DNA from: Rhodothermales bacterium
GTDB lineage: Bacteria > Bacteroidota > Rhodothermia > Rhodothermales > Bin80
NCBI GenBank assembly: GCA_012271205.1
Contig: JAAXGT010000091.1
Span: 1-60,083, forward strand
Length of the DNA: 60,083 nt
Direction: 5' to 3'
In this document: one piece after another, positions 28,051-38,240 of the stretch
Layout of the letters: each line of letters starts with the position of its first letter
How positions within the stretch are numbered: the stretch's first letter is position 1
Made by a program: the position numbers and the translations under genes
The notes under the pieces: generated by a model
Database searches by the model: none
What the model was told of the DNA's origin: nothing
The model's input: only the letters and a program-made list of their open reading frames with translations

Positions 28051-30290
28051 TTGATTATCACAAACTTGCCCCGGTAGGTGGCCCCATCGGGAGTACGTAC
28101 AACGAAAAAGTAGACGCCCGAAGCGATCTCCTGATCATTGCGTGTTACTTGGAACCAAGCTGTGGAATATTGCGATGCGTCGTGTTCAATCGTATCCACA
28201 AGCTGCCCGCTGTAGGAGTAGATCTCGATAGTGGCCCGTTCGGGCAGCCCGTAAAAGCCGATCTGCTGTGCAGTATTTCCTGCGCCCCCACTTGAAAAGC
28301 CGCTGTCCAGATAAAAGGGGTTGGGTACAGCGTGCACTTCAACCAATTCATCTGCGGGACCGAGGGTTGCAGTTACATAAGAGAGGTTGGTTTTGCCGCT
28401 TTCATGGCCCTGAGCGTCTATTGAAGTCACCGCATACCACTGCGATTCACCGACAGTCGTCTCTGAGTCGATGAATTGGTACAGATCCGCTTCTGTGAGA
28501 TCGGCCGCGCTTCCGACGGGGATTTCTGTGAGCATGCGCCACGGTCCAATTGCAGCCTGCGCGCGGTACACACGGTAGGTGGTAACGGTACCGGTCAGAC
28601 GCGGATGCGTGAAGTTCTCCTGTGCCCGGCCCCAGCGCAAGACCGAGTGTGCTCTGTCGTTGTTTGTGATCGTAACCGCCGGTGCCGGTGGTGGGACAGG
28701 CAGCTGATAAACTCCGTCCCGGGGATTGTCTTCCGGCCAGTAGGGCAGCACGGGTTCATTGCCCGTATAGGCATGATAGGCCATGTCAGCCACATCCTTT
28801 ACTGTCCGCACATCCGAGTTTACGTAGTCCGGATAGCCGTATTCTCCCAGATAGTTTTCAGTGAGCGTCTGACCCGATGACGGATCAATGACCCGGTCCG
28901 AAAAATGCGGGACCTCGTGCCAAGGCATTTGTTCATCGATAACCTCTCCCAAGCCCCCGCCTTCGTCCCACTCCCCCGGTCCCTCAGCTGCTCCGTAGCC
29001 GACCATCTCGGCCAGCGAGAACTCAATCTTATCGCCAGGCTCCAAGATATAGGGACCAAACACGATATGGTGGCCTACCGCCTTGTAAGACTGCCGAAAA
29101 TTGAAGGCCCCGCGTCCGATCCACCGTAGAGAGTCCGGATCTTCCGTGTCGGGCGGTGGCGGAAATACCGTTTCGCGGTAGGGTGTGTACGTGCCACTCC
29201 AGCGCGTGTACGGGACGAGCTTCGGTTTCATCTTGCTTTCGCGCGAGTTCCCGCTCTCGACCTTGTTCATAAACGGCTGCTTCAGTGTGCTGTCGGAGTC
29301 GATCATGCGCTCATTGGACACGCGGGGATCGAGCGCAAAAGTGTTCCCTATGGTGGCCAGGTGATTCCGGTCATAGAAGAGCATCTGAATGCCAGGGGCT
29401 TGGGGTGACATAAGTCCACCGCCCTGCTCTCCCGTTGACGCGTAGGTTGCGAAGTATTTTGGATCAGGCTTGCCTGACGCGGCGAAATCGGAGTCTACTC
29501 CATTGCCAATATTGAGTACATACCGCAACCAGCGATGTCGGTCGAAGTAACCGCGCAAGTCGTTCTTGTACATAAAATCATATTCCCACGTCCCGTACCA
29601 CCGCTGAAATCCCAGCATTGAAGGTGCCACGCCGTAATGGAATCCGATGAGCACTTCGTAGAGCGTTTCATTGTTATTGGCAACGCCGTCCCCATCTGTG
29701 TCGCCAGTGTTTTCGAACGTGTATTCGAATAGGATCAGATCGTCATAATCCGGATAACTCCAGGCGCGGCTTGTGCGCGTGACGGAAATTCCCGTGTTAC
29801 TGCCCCACTGGGCTACAATGATTTCTTCGGCCTCATTGGGATCATAGGCAGGATTGAGCGTGCCGTCTTCCAGCAGCGGGTAGTTCTCTATACGTTCAAT
29901 GGAAATCGGAAAGGAATACACCCCGGCCACTGTGATCGGAATGTGCTGTCCGGACGATCCGCCAAACGAATACAAGCGTTGATCGAGATCGAAAATGTTG
30001 ACCCCGCTGTACGAAGCTGCGATAGAGATCCCGCCCCCGATGATGTTGTGTTGGCCGCTGTACTGCAGCCCGTCTATGGCCGTAGCGGAATAGCCCGGCC
30101 ACTCCATAAGCGGATCCAGAGTGATATCGTGATCGCGGTAGAACCACTTGCGCCCGATTTCACCCGTATTGTAGACCGTCTCATGCAGCATTCCGCGACG
30201 GTGCACCCGTTTGTCTCGCAGGACCTGTGCATTCGCAACCGGCAGCGAAACCGAAACAGTCAGCAAGAGCGCAAGGAATCGGACCGTCAT
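28047..30290 (-). CDS. uncharacterised exported protein with FN3-like domain and T9SS-like CTD
   Basis: Signal peptide with no lipobox; 'PPPAP.V...WG...YRVYRA...YAVTSID..G.ES' (FN3-like); tail 'VPNPF...IYSYSGQLV...ASGVYFFVV...KFVIIK'. Confidence 0.8.
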   Translation of the reverse strand: MTVRFLALLLTVSVSLPVANAQVLRDKRVHRRGMLHETVYNTGEIGRKWFYRDHDITLDPLMEWPGYSATAIDGLQYSGQHNIIGGGISIAASYSGVNIFDLDQRLYSFGGSSGQHIPITVAGVYSFPISIERIENYPLLEDGTLNPAYDPNEAEEIIVAQWGSNTGISVTRTSRAWSYPDYDDLILFEYTFENTGDTDGDGVANNNETLYEVLIGFHYGVAPSMLGFQRWYGTWEYDFMYKNDLRGYFDRHRWLRYVLNIGNGVDSDFAASGKPDPKYFATYASTGEQGGGLMSPQAPGIQMLFYDRNHLATIGNTFALDPRVSNERMIDSDSTLKQPFMNKVESGNSRESKMKPKLVPYTRWSGTYTPYRETVFPPPPDTEDPDSLRWIGRGAFNFRQSYKAVGHHIVFGPYILEPGDKIEFSLAEMVGYGAAEGPGEWDEGGGLGEVIDEQMPWHEVPHFSDRVIDPSSGQTLTENYLGEYGYPDYVNSDVRTVKDVADMAYHAYTGNEPVLPYWPEDNPRDGVYQLPVPPPAPAVTITNNDRAHSVLRWGRAQENFTHPRLTGTVTTYRVYRAQAAIGPWRMLTEIPVGSAADLTEADLYQFIDSETTVGESQWYAVTSIDAQGHESGKTNLSYVTATLGPADELVEVHAVPNPFYLDSGFSSGGAGNTAQQIGFYGLPERATIEIYSYSGQLVDTIEHDASQYSTAWFQVTRNDQEIASGVYFFVVRTPDGATYRGKFVIIK

Positions 30291-30306
30291 ATCTGCGTAC
30301 CGAAAG

Positions 30307-33132
30307 TCACATGTTTACAACAACGCCAAACCGGACTGAACGAGGTCCGTTGTCGAAAATGCGGAAAGTCTGCACGGCAGCCAAGTCCGGATTATTGCTG
30401 TCGGGCAGCGCATATTCGATATCCTGCCCATCCTCATATCGACGCAGCGTCTCGGAGTCCAAAAAGACGCGGTTATAGTCGAATACACGAGTGTTGAACA
30501 GGTTGAACACTTCAGAAAAAACATCCAGTCTCGCTGATCCGACACGGATGCCCTTTGTGATCTTGAGATCCGTGTTGTGCTCCCACGGAGTGCGTTCCGT
30601 GTTCAGTTTGGCGTAATTGTCTCCCAGCAATTCGCTGGGTGTATACGGCCTTCCGCTTCGGCTGTCCTGGAGGAAGTTGATTCTTATGCGTCCCAGCGGA
30701 AAAGTGCCTGCGATTTGCGGCCCCCATCTCTGAGGCAGGTTGAGGCCGGCAATCAGCACCAAGGCATGCCGCCGATCAAAATCCAGCAGAATGTCCCGCG
30801 GGCTGGGGGCTTGAGACTGCTCGTTGTTTTCGTCGACAATCGGACTGCGACCGGTCGGCGTGGAATTCTTGCCGGTCGCAACAGAAAAGTGATAGCGAAC
30901 GGAGCCCGAAATGATACCCCGTCGCTTGTTCAGGCGGAGGCTGAAACCGCGAATATTGGCATAATCCCGATTACCGAGCGTTTCGTACAGGTTGTCGTTC
31001 GCGTCGATGTACACGACGCGTTGGATCAGGTTCTTGACATCCTTGTAATACCCGCTCACATCCAGCGTGAACCCGCGTGAGACACCCAATACCAGTCCGA
31101 CATCGTAGCTCTTTGTTTCTTCCGGCTTGAGGAGCGGGTTCCCGAGGCGTCGCGGCTCGACCGTACCTAGATTTTCGTTGAACAGCGTAGTCCGCCGTCC
31201 GATCAGGCTCTCGAGACCGGGTCGTTTGAGATAGTTGCCGTAGTTCAAGTGGAATACCGCCCGCTCGCTGATCGGAAACGAAAAGCCCAGCCGAGGTTGC
31301 AGACGGGCAATCACGGGCGTATCGGACTTCTCGGCAGATTCCTCATTAATGAGTGCCGGATTGTCGGGATCACGGAAAGGGGAAAAAGTATCGGTGTAAT
31401 ACTTCACGTTCTGGTCGTAGAAATCAAAGCGCAGTCCGACATTGGTGACCATGCCCTCGAATTCCATCTTGTCTTGGATGTACAGGGCGCCTTCGTACGG
31501 TTTGGCTCGATAATACTCCCGAACGGCACTGGACTCGGAAGAGTGATTTAGCCGGTTTTCGACATCAATGTCATACAGGTTGCCCTGGAGGCCCACCTTG
31601 AGCTGGTGACCGTTCGATACCTGGCTGGTAATGAATCCAACGGCGGAATAAGTCCACGACACCTCGTCGAAAAAGTCATCGTCCATCACGCCCGTGCGGA
31701 ATCCGTCTTCCCAGTAAAGCCGCTCCCACACGGACCGGTCCGTGATGTCATCCCGAAAGCGGTCCGGGGCAATCACATCGACTCCTTCGTCGAGTCGCGT
31801 CTGCATTCCGTTCAGGGCCAGTTCATAATAAGTGCGGTCGCTGAGCACATGGGAATAGACCAGGCCCAAGCCCGTGCTTCGGTCAAGAATCTTGTTGGCG
31901 CCAATCACGCGATCATACACCCATCTGTAAAAGCCTCCGGAGGAGTAGCTGAACTCCTGCTGGTAGACGCTGCCGTACATTCCGCTGAGTTTTAGCTTAA
32001 TGCCGGGGGCTGGTTTCAGTACAACATTTCCCATCACCTGTGCTTGCCTGTCGGATTCGGGGGTCGGCAGCAGGGGCCATACGCGATTGAACTGAGTCGC
32101 CACAAACAGGCTGGCTTTCTCGGAAAGGGGGCCGCCGAGCGTGAAATCAACCAGTGCGTCCCAACGGTTGTCATATTCATAGCCGATGTCCCGATGCGTT
32201 CGCCGCCACAGGTCATATGCGAGCTGGGCACCTTCATCGGGATCCACCCGGGAGCCAAAACCACGCCCTACGGCCCCCTGCCACCGCGGTCTGTCGTCGT
32301 TTTCCGGGTCTGGGGACTTCCACCATTCCAAGTTGTCCATCAGGCGTATGTACGGGTTGGAAGCGGGGTCAAACACGCTTCCGCCGAAGTGTTTGTAACC
32401 GGGCACACGCGTTCGGAATTCAGCCCGGCTGCTCCACAAATCACCGCCTTCCTTGGTTGAAATATTGATTACACCACTCATGGCGTTGCCGTATTCAGCC
32501 GAGAATCCACTGGTTATCACCTCAACTTCTTCAACGGCACTCAACATGGGCGTAAAAGAGCGGGAGGAATTGAGGGGGTTGACAATCCCCATGCCAGCCA
32601 ACACGTAAAGCTCCTCGTTGGATCGACCTCCCCTGAAATGGCCATCATTGATTTCGGCTTGGAGCCCGAGTACATCAGACAGGTCGGTTACACCTGCAAT
32701 CTGCTCCACTTCTTCTGGACGAATGATCTCCAGCGTGGCCGTCTGATCGGGTTCGACGTCCGGGCGGACAGCGATTACTAAGAGTTCATCTCCCTCCGTA
32801 GTCGCTTCCTCCAGGACAAAATCAACCGTGGCTGTCCGATTAATGTTGACAATCACTTCGGACTGTGTCACTGTCCGAAAGCCAACAAAGGAGGCCCTTA
32901 AACTGTAGGTGCCGGGCTCGACGTTCAAAATGAAGTATCGGCCGTCATTATCCGTCGAGGCGCCCCGCGTCGTGCCGACAATGACTACGTTAACTCCGAT
33001 CATGGTTACCCCTGATTCATCCGTGACCACACCGGTAATCTTGCCGGACTGAGCACTGGCCGGAGTAGTGTGAAAGAAGTACACGAAAGCCAGGAAGATC
33101 CCGAACACAAAGCCCCAGACCTGCTTATTCAT
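30307..33132 (-). CDS. TonB-dependent receptor with carboxypeptidase-regulatory-like N-domain
   Basis: GKITGVVTD..GVNVVI.GT..GA.TD.DG.Y; plug 'FRGGR..E' and 'ITSGFSAEYGNAMSGVINI.TK'; 'GNP.LKPE.T.SYD.G'; 'VFNLFN'. Start placed at ATG 33132. Confidence 0.93.
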   Translation of the reverse strand: MNKQVWGFVFGIFLAFVYFFHTTPASAQSGKITGVVTDESGVTMIGVNVVIVGTTRGASTDNDGRYFILNVEPGTYSLRASFVGFRTVTQSEVIVNINRTATVDFVLEEATTEGDELLVIAVRPDVEPDQTATLEIIRPEEVEQIAGVTDLSDVLGLQAEINDGHFRGGRSNEELYVLAGMGIVNPLNSSRSFTPMLSAVEEVEVITSGFSAEYGNAMSGVINISTKEGGDLWSSRAEFRTRVPGYKHFGGSVFDPASNPYIRLMDNLEWWKSPDPENDDRPRWQGAVGRGFGSRVDPDEGAQLAYDLWRRTHRDIGYEYDNRWDALVDFTLGGPLSEKASLFVATQFNRVWPLLPTPESDRQAQVMGNVVLKPAPGIKLKLSGMYGSVYQQEFSYSSGGFYRWVYDRVIGANKILDRSTGLGLVYSHVLSDRTYYELALNGMQTRLDEGVDVIAPDRFRDDITDRSVWERLYWEDGFRTGVMDDDFFDEVSWTYSAVGFITSQVSNGHQLKVGLQGNLYDIDVENRLNHSSESSAVREYYRAKPYEGALYIQDKMEFEGMVTNVGLRFDFYDQNVKYYTDTFSPFRDPDNPALINEESAEKSDTPVIARLQPRLGFSFPISERAVFHLNYGNYLKRPGLESLIGRRTTLFNENLGTVEPRRLGNPLLKPEETKSYDVGLVLGVSRGFTLDVSGYYKDVKNLIQRVVYIDANDNLYETLGNRDYANIRGFSLRLNKRRGIISGSVRYHFSVATGKNSTPTGRSPIVDENNEQSQAPSPRDILLDFDRRHALVLIAGLNLPQRWGPQIAGTFPLGRIRINFLQDSRSGRPYTPSELLGDNYAKLNTERTPWEHNTDLKITKGIRVGSARLDVFSEVFNLFNTRVFDYNRVFLDSETLRRYEDGQDIEYALPDSNNPDLAAVQTFRIFDNGPRSVRFGVVVNM

Positions 33133-33151
33133 ATCGGGATCGTGCCATAGA

Positions 33152-33168
33152 TGTAAGATGTCATACAA
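33152..33168. promoter_or_regulatory. candidate FadR/GntR operator
   Basis: TGTAAGATGTCATACAA, an imperfect palindrome about 20 bp upstream of the TBDR start; core is 12/14 identical to the 22905 site. Confidence 0.65.
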
Positions 33169-33539
33169 ATTAGGAGTTTCGGGAGAAAGTTTCAAGCACA
33201 ACCTGTACGCATCGCATTACGCGGGCTTGGCGGAGGGGCGACGTGATTGTCATTATAAGGAAGACGTGCTCGTCCGGTTACCTTTCAAGGTGCTGAAGAT
33301 CCTGTGTGACAATAGGAACCCATACTTGGCCACTCCGTCCCTGGTTCTTCGTCGCGAACTCAACGGGGCCTGATGCAGCCGTGCCAAATCTTGGCCGGGA
33401 GCGGTTTACGATACTGGCCCAGTGATCTGCAGCGGCTGCCCACGCTCCCGGGCCGGTTTACCCTCATCGCTTGCTCTGGCTGTCGGGCTTTCCATACGTA
33501 ACGCGAAGAGAGGGGCATCTCAGGCGGTCGGAATTGGCC

Positions 33540-33899
33540 CTGATTTAACCGGATATGAAATCGCGATTGATTTTGGTCCGCCTGCGGTACGTACGAGATT
33601 CAACCCCATCTACTCTCATGGTGCCGCACGCGCTTTTCAGGCCAGTCGCATATGGCCCGGTCACAGTGCCGGTTCGATCGGATTCCCCACCAATTCCAAT
33701 GATATCGCCTGAAACCTCATTGGGCAATCGGCTTCGCAATTCAGGGATGTTGAATTGGTTTGCCTCATTCACCAGGACAGAGGCAAATCCGGAAGTGTGT
33801 GTCCCCTAAAGATGACCCGGTGGCATTCGGGTATTTTCGATCCATTTCAGGAAGCTCTTGTCGGCTAATGGCAGAGGTTATGTACGCGCCATGAGGCAT
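33540..33899 (-). pseudogene. possible decayed phage tail-collar domain gene
   Basis: Pieces in shifting frames: P.GAYI...P, 'GSSL', 'FASVLVNEANQFNIPELRSRLP' (cf. TFNLPDLRGR.P) and 'PKSIAISYPVK' (cf. P.NIA..YIIK). Confidence 0.35.
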
Positions 33900-34499
33900 G
33901 CTTGGGGCTAACAAGCTCATTTGACAAGCTTCGGCGAAAACCGGGGGCATAACCGATGCGGGCGGGGCTACTTGGAAGCCGCCAAATTGCCCCCGTTGTC
34001 AAAAGCTCATGCAATCTCGGCTTTCCAGCCTGTGCGGGCGGGTGCATTACGCAGGAGGCGGGATTATGTCTGTAAACCCTCGCCGGAGTCTCAGGGCCAT
34101 CGCCAACTACGACTGGACCTACATGTTGGGAGCCTCATTCTATCTCCTCCGCTGTGATAAATGAAAACCCGGGTCGTTCCAGAGGCCGCGTTTCGTAACA
34201 CGTTGCTTGGCGACCAGTCCAAAGCCGCAGCTTATTTGTCCCGCATGGCTTCGTTTACCCGATTGGGTGAAGCTGCAGAACCTGTGTTCAGGTGGTTACG
34301 ATCAGAGCCAAAATCTCATCTGGACGGACATTATTGCTGATAGCTGGTACGAGGCGGTCACCCAGGCAGCCTAGCAGACTCACTCCTTCCCCGACCGCAA
34401 AAATCGGGATCAATGAGGTCGACACATAATCAAGTCACTATCGCGCTTCGAGTACTCGAACAGGACAGTCGTATAGCGTCTGCCCTTGGCGCTTTGTGA

Positions 34500-34709
34500 T
34501 CACTTCCTTGGATCACCAGAAACGGCCGGCTGCGGCTGTTCTTTTGAGGAGTCCAACTTTGCGTTGATGGACATCGCGGCCAACCTGGTACTTTCAATGC
34601 GATGCCATTGCCACCACGCGGCGTAGATGCCGACGGTGATGATGGAAAGCAGCATGAAAATCAGGAAGCTGCCAAAATTGGTTTGTGTTCTTATCTCCGC
34701 GTTAGTCAT
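34500..34709 (-). CDS. small membrane protein (DUF4234/DUF898-like motif)
   Basis: 69 aa with 'LLSIITVGIYAAWW', a recurrent small-membrane-protein motif. Confidence 0.6.
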   Translation of the reverse strand: MTNAEIRTQTNFGSFLIFMLLSIITVGIYAAWWQWHRIESTRLAAMSINAKLDSSKEQPQPAVSGDPRK

Positions 34710-35152
34710 ATTACGCAGGGTTTTATGATGTTCGGAGAATCTATGAAACGTGATGCAAATAACAGCCACAGTTAACCTGAAGCGCGCCACCGCGACATCC
34801 CGAACGGATTTGTGGGCCCAGCCGCATCTGGTACGTGTCAGCCCAGCACCTCGCCGGGTACACCGGTGTTTGTGGGCAGCGGATTGAGCGGGTCCCATTG
34901 AGGTTTAGTGGGTATCCGCAACAGATTCGGAAGCACGGCGATACCCGCAACTTCCTTTGGTGCCCCCGGTAGCGGCGAAAAGGTGTTACGACTCATAAGT
35001 TTCGTGCCCAATGGCAGCTCTTGCATGGCCGATCGGCATTTATCCAAGGCTTCACGCCGGTCATACCCGTATGCAAACGCCCGAGAAAAACAAGGCGGTC
35101 GCGCATCAGGGTCGTAACCATATAATAATCCGGCTGGTCGTTGCGGCAACCG

Positions 35153-36148
35153 CTATTTCTTGCGGGCAATTATGTAACGACTGAGAGCGGTTAGCGACTG
35201 GCGGGCAGGGCAGTCGGGGAAGGTGTGCAGCAGGGCTTGCACCTCAGTAATATGAGCCTCCATACGCCCTCGGGCATACGCCAAGCCGCCTGCAGCCTCC
35301 ACAAAGGAGCACACACGGGTACGATCCTTGACTGATTTCTTGCGACGACGTACAATCTGCAAAATAGACCGTCGCTCAGCCGGCTCGGCGCTGCGCAGGG
35401 CGTGGATAAGAGGCAGTGTGACGAGTTTTTTTTTCAGATCCGCACCGACAGGTTTTCCAACATTGCCCGTCCCGTAATCAAAAAGGTCATCCCGGATCTG
35501 GAAGGCCAAACCCAACTGCTCGCCAATCTCGCCCATACGATTAACGACCTCAGCACTTGCCCCCGTACTGTACGCTCCACAGCGCGTGCAGGCAGCAATA
35601 AGAGACGCTGTTTTGTCGGAAATAATCCGGTAGTAGGTCTCTTCATTCAGATCCAGTCGCCGTGTGCGTTCGACCTGCAAGAGTTCGCCTTCACTCATGC
35701 GCTGCACGGCATCGCTAAGCGTCTTCAAGAGATCAAAGTCATTGTGCTCCAGTGCCAGTAGCAGCCCGCGGCTCAAGAAATAGTCACCCACGAGCACGGC
35801 CACTTTGTTGCCCCAGAGCGCATTAATCGAAAAAGCACCGCGACGTTTTTCGGATTCGTCCACAACATCGTCATGCACCAAAGTGGCTGTGTGCAAGAGC
35901 TCAACCAGTGTGGCAGCGCGGTAGCTGCGCTCCGTTACCCCCCCACACAAGTGCGCCGACAAGAGTACTAGCGTCGGACGAATACGCTTTCCCTTTTGGC
36001 GCAGAACATACTGAACAATGCGGTCCAACAGACCGTGCCGGACACGCACGGCCTCCCGAAACTTCCGCTGAAAGGCTTTGAGGTCGTCCTCTACGACCGA
36101 CTGGATCTCTCGCAGCGTGATCGCAGGTTCTGCCTGAGTAGCTGCCAT
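35153..36148 (-). CDS. polyprenyl diphosphate synthase
   Basis: GKRIRP, LVHDDVVD, KTASL, AFQIRDDLFD, GKPVG.DL. Confidence 0.95.
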   Translation of the reverse strand: MAATQAEPAITLREIQSVVEDDLKAFQRKFREAVRVRHGLLDRIVQYVLRQKGKRIRPTLVLLSAHLCGGVTERSYRAATLVELLHTATLVHDDVVDESEKRRGAFSINALWGNKVAVLVGDYFLSRGLLLALEHNDFDLLKTLSDAVQRMSEGELLQVERTRRLDLNEETYYRIISDKTASLIAACTRCGAYSTGASAEVVNRMGEIGEQLGLAFQIRDDLFDYGTGNVGKPVGADLKKKLVTLPLIHALRSAEPAERRSILQIVRRRKKSVKDRTRVCSFVEAAGGLAYARGRMEAHITEVQALLHTFPDCPARQSLTALSRYIIARKK

Positions 36149-36212
36149 CCGGCCGGACCTGAATAAATCGGCGCCATTAACGAAAAGCAATGCACAAGTG
36201 TTCAACGAAACA

Positions 36213-37229
36213 CTAACCAAAACCGTAATCGCTGCGCCGAAGTAGTGCTAAAAAGAAAGGCACACCACAAAGCGCGGTCACAATGCCGACCGGAAGCTGC
36301 TCGCCCGGCAGAAGCAGGCGAGCCGCCAAGTCAGCCCACAACAAAAACAGTGCACCGACAATAAAGCAGGCGGGAAGAAGCCGACGATGCGTAACCCCCG
36401 TGATGGAGCGCACCGCATGCGGGACAATCAGACCCACAAAGCCGATGGCTCCGCTTGCGGCTACAATTGAGCCGGTAACCAAAGCCGCAACGACGATCAA
36501 GAGTCGCTTGATGTGCTCCACCCGTACCCCCAGATTATGCGCTGGCTCATCGCCTAGCAGCATGGCATCTAGGGGCTGCGCCATTAGCAGCAACACCGCC
36601 AACCCTAGGAGTGTGGCCAAGGTGGGCCAAGGCAGAAGCGTCCAGGTTGCGTGATGCAGCGAGCCCAAAAGCCAGAAGAGCACGGCGCGCAGCTTGTCCG
36701 GCTCAGGCGAGGACAGCGTTATAAAGGAAGTAATGGATGCCATTAGTGCGGCGATAGCAACGCCAGCCAGGAGCAGTCGCGCAACCGAAAGCCGCCCACG
36801 GCCACCGGCGACGCTGTATACGATGGTTATGGCGCATAACCCTCCAGCAAATGCGGCTAGCGGCATGGACAGATTTTTGGATAGTAGCGGGGGCAAAAAG
36901 CCCAGATAGAATAGCGAGGCACCGGCGGTGGCCCCGCTGGAAATTCCAAGGATATAAGGCTCCGCCAGCGGATTGCGGACCAGGGTCTGCATTGCGGCGC
37001 CGACAGAAGCCAATCCGCCACCAACCACAAGCGCCAACACAGCCCGTGGCAGGCGCAGGTTCCAGACAATGCGATCTGCTATGGCATCCGGTGCGGTCGC
37101 ATGCCCCAGAGTGATGCGGTACCAGAATACGCGTCCAACCTCTGCCAGCGTTACCGCCTCCCCCAGCGCGACCGCGAGGGCCACACTGATAAGCAGTGCA
37201 AAAACCAGTAGCCCGTACCAGAGCTTCAT
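36213..37229 (-). CDS. FecCD/BtuC-family ABC permease
   Basis: LRLPRA, RNPLAEPYILGISSGA, GAIGFVGLIVPH, LPVGIVTA..G.PFF. Confidence 0.93.
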   Translation of the reverse strand: MKLWYGLLVFALLISVALAVALGEAVTLAEVGRVFWYRITLGHATAPDAIADRIVWNLRLPRAVLALVVGGGLASVGAAMQTLVRNPLAEPYILGISSGATAGASLFYLGFLPPLLSKNLSMPLAAFAGGLCAITIVYSVAGGRGRLSVARLLLAGVAIAALMASITSFITLSSPEPDKLRAVLFWLLGSLHHATWTLLPWPTLATLLGLAVLLLMAQPLDAMLLGDEPAHNLGVRVEHIKRLLIVVAALVTGSIVAASGAIGFVGLIVPHAVRSITGVTHRRLLPACFIVGALFLLWADLAARLLLPGEQLPVGIVTALCGVPFFLALLRRSDYGFG

Positions 37230-38116
37230 TGTGCCGGTACCAAGCCGGGATGCAGCAGGCGCGCCATTTCCCATGCTCCCGTGACAAGCCGTGGGCCGGG
37301 GCGCAAGTACCTGTCCGCTGGAACGCCGTACACGCGACCTCCGGTCACGGCCGGCACCACGTCCCATGTCGGATGATACTCCAGCAAGCTTGTTGGCAAG
37401 TAGCCGGACCCAAACGCGCCCAGGATCACCTCAGGTTGTTCAAAGAGTACGAATTCATCTGTGAGCACCGGTGATCGTGATTCCAGATCAACGGTTATGC
37501 TTGAGCCGCCGGCAAGGGCAATCATGTCGTGAATGTAACTGCCTTGACCAAAAGCATAAAGTGTAACGTCGCTGATCAGAAAGAGTGTTGACGGTCGCTC
37601 CTCTAATTCCTCCGTGAGTACGCGCAATTGCGCCAGCGAGCGGGTGAGCGAGTCGGCCAGCTGGTCTGCTGCCGAGGCGGTATTCAGCAGTGCGCCCGCA
37701 TCGCGAATAGTCCTCGCGATGTCCTCAAGGCGGCTTACTGAGAAGAAATACACAGGCACGCCCACCGCTTCGAGCGTCGCAGCATCATTTGGACTGTTGA
37801 CCTGGTCAGAAGCCAGGGCCAAGTCCGGTTCCAGTGAGAGTACCACCTCAAAGTCGACCGGAAGCGCACTGAAACGCGGCAAGTTGTCCACTTCCGGTGG
37901 AAAATCATCTGCATCAGTTACCCCCGCGATCAAAGAGCCGGCACCCGCAGCGAATACGATTTCGGTAACGCTGGGAGCCAGCGTCACAACCCGCGTGGGT
38001 ACGCTTGACAAGTAGACCGTGCGTCCGAGGTCATCGGTGACTTGGTTGGACCGATCCGGTCCACGCCCGCAACCGGCGGCCCAGAAGCAGAGCACAAATA
38101 GTACAATAAGGCGCAT
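37226..38116 (-). CDS. cobalamin/iron-siderophore ABC substrate-binding lipoprotein (BtuF-like)
   Basis: Lipobox AAGC; 'TDDLGR.V....[13 protein letters not shown]'; 'RPGPRL'. Confidence 0.88.
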   Translation of the reverse strand: MRLIVLFVLCFWAAGCGRGPDRSNQVTDDLGRTVYLSSVPTRVVTLAPSVTEIVFAAGAGSLIAGVTDADDFPPEVDNLPRFSALPVDFEVVLSLEPDLALASDQVNSPNDAATLEAVGVPVYFFSVSRLEDIARTIRDAGALLNTASAADQLADSLTRSLAQLRVLTEELEERPSTLFLISDVTLYAFGQGSYIHDMIALAGGSSITVDLESRSPVLTDEFVLFEQPEVILGAFGSGYLPTSLLEYHPTWDVVPAVTGGRVYGVPADRYLRPGPRLVTGAWEMARLLHPGLVPAQ

Positions 38117-38240
38117 GATTACAGGATTGGGTGGCACCATGGAATGTCCTGCAAGTTACATTAAGCTCAAGAAGCACAGAATATGGCGAACGCTCTGGAT
38201 ATGGCCTTCCAGCTGGCTGTCTGACGATTACATCCACACT

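Noticed and set aside
33133-33201. N-terminal extension of the TBDR ORF
   Set aside because: The signal peptide starts at MNKQVW (33132) and the extension covers the operator-like site.
34838-35149. Minus ORF with 'AYGYDRREALDKCRSAMQEL', faintly HicB-like or biotin-carboxylase-like; nearby GGGTATC/GATACCC stem
   Set aside because: Similarity too short and ambiguous; no recognisable riboswitch or RNA family.
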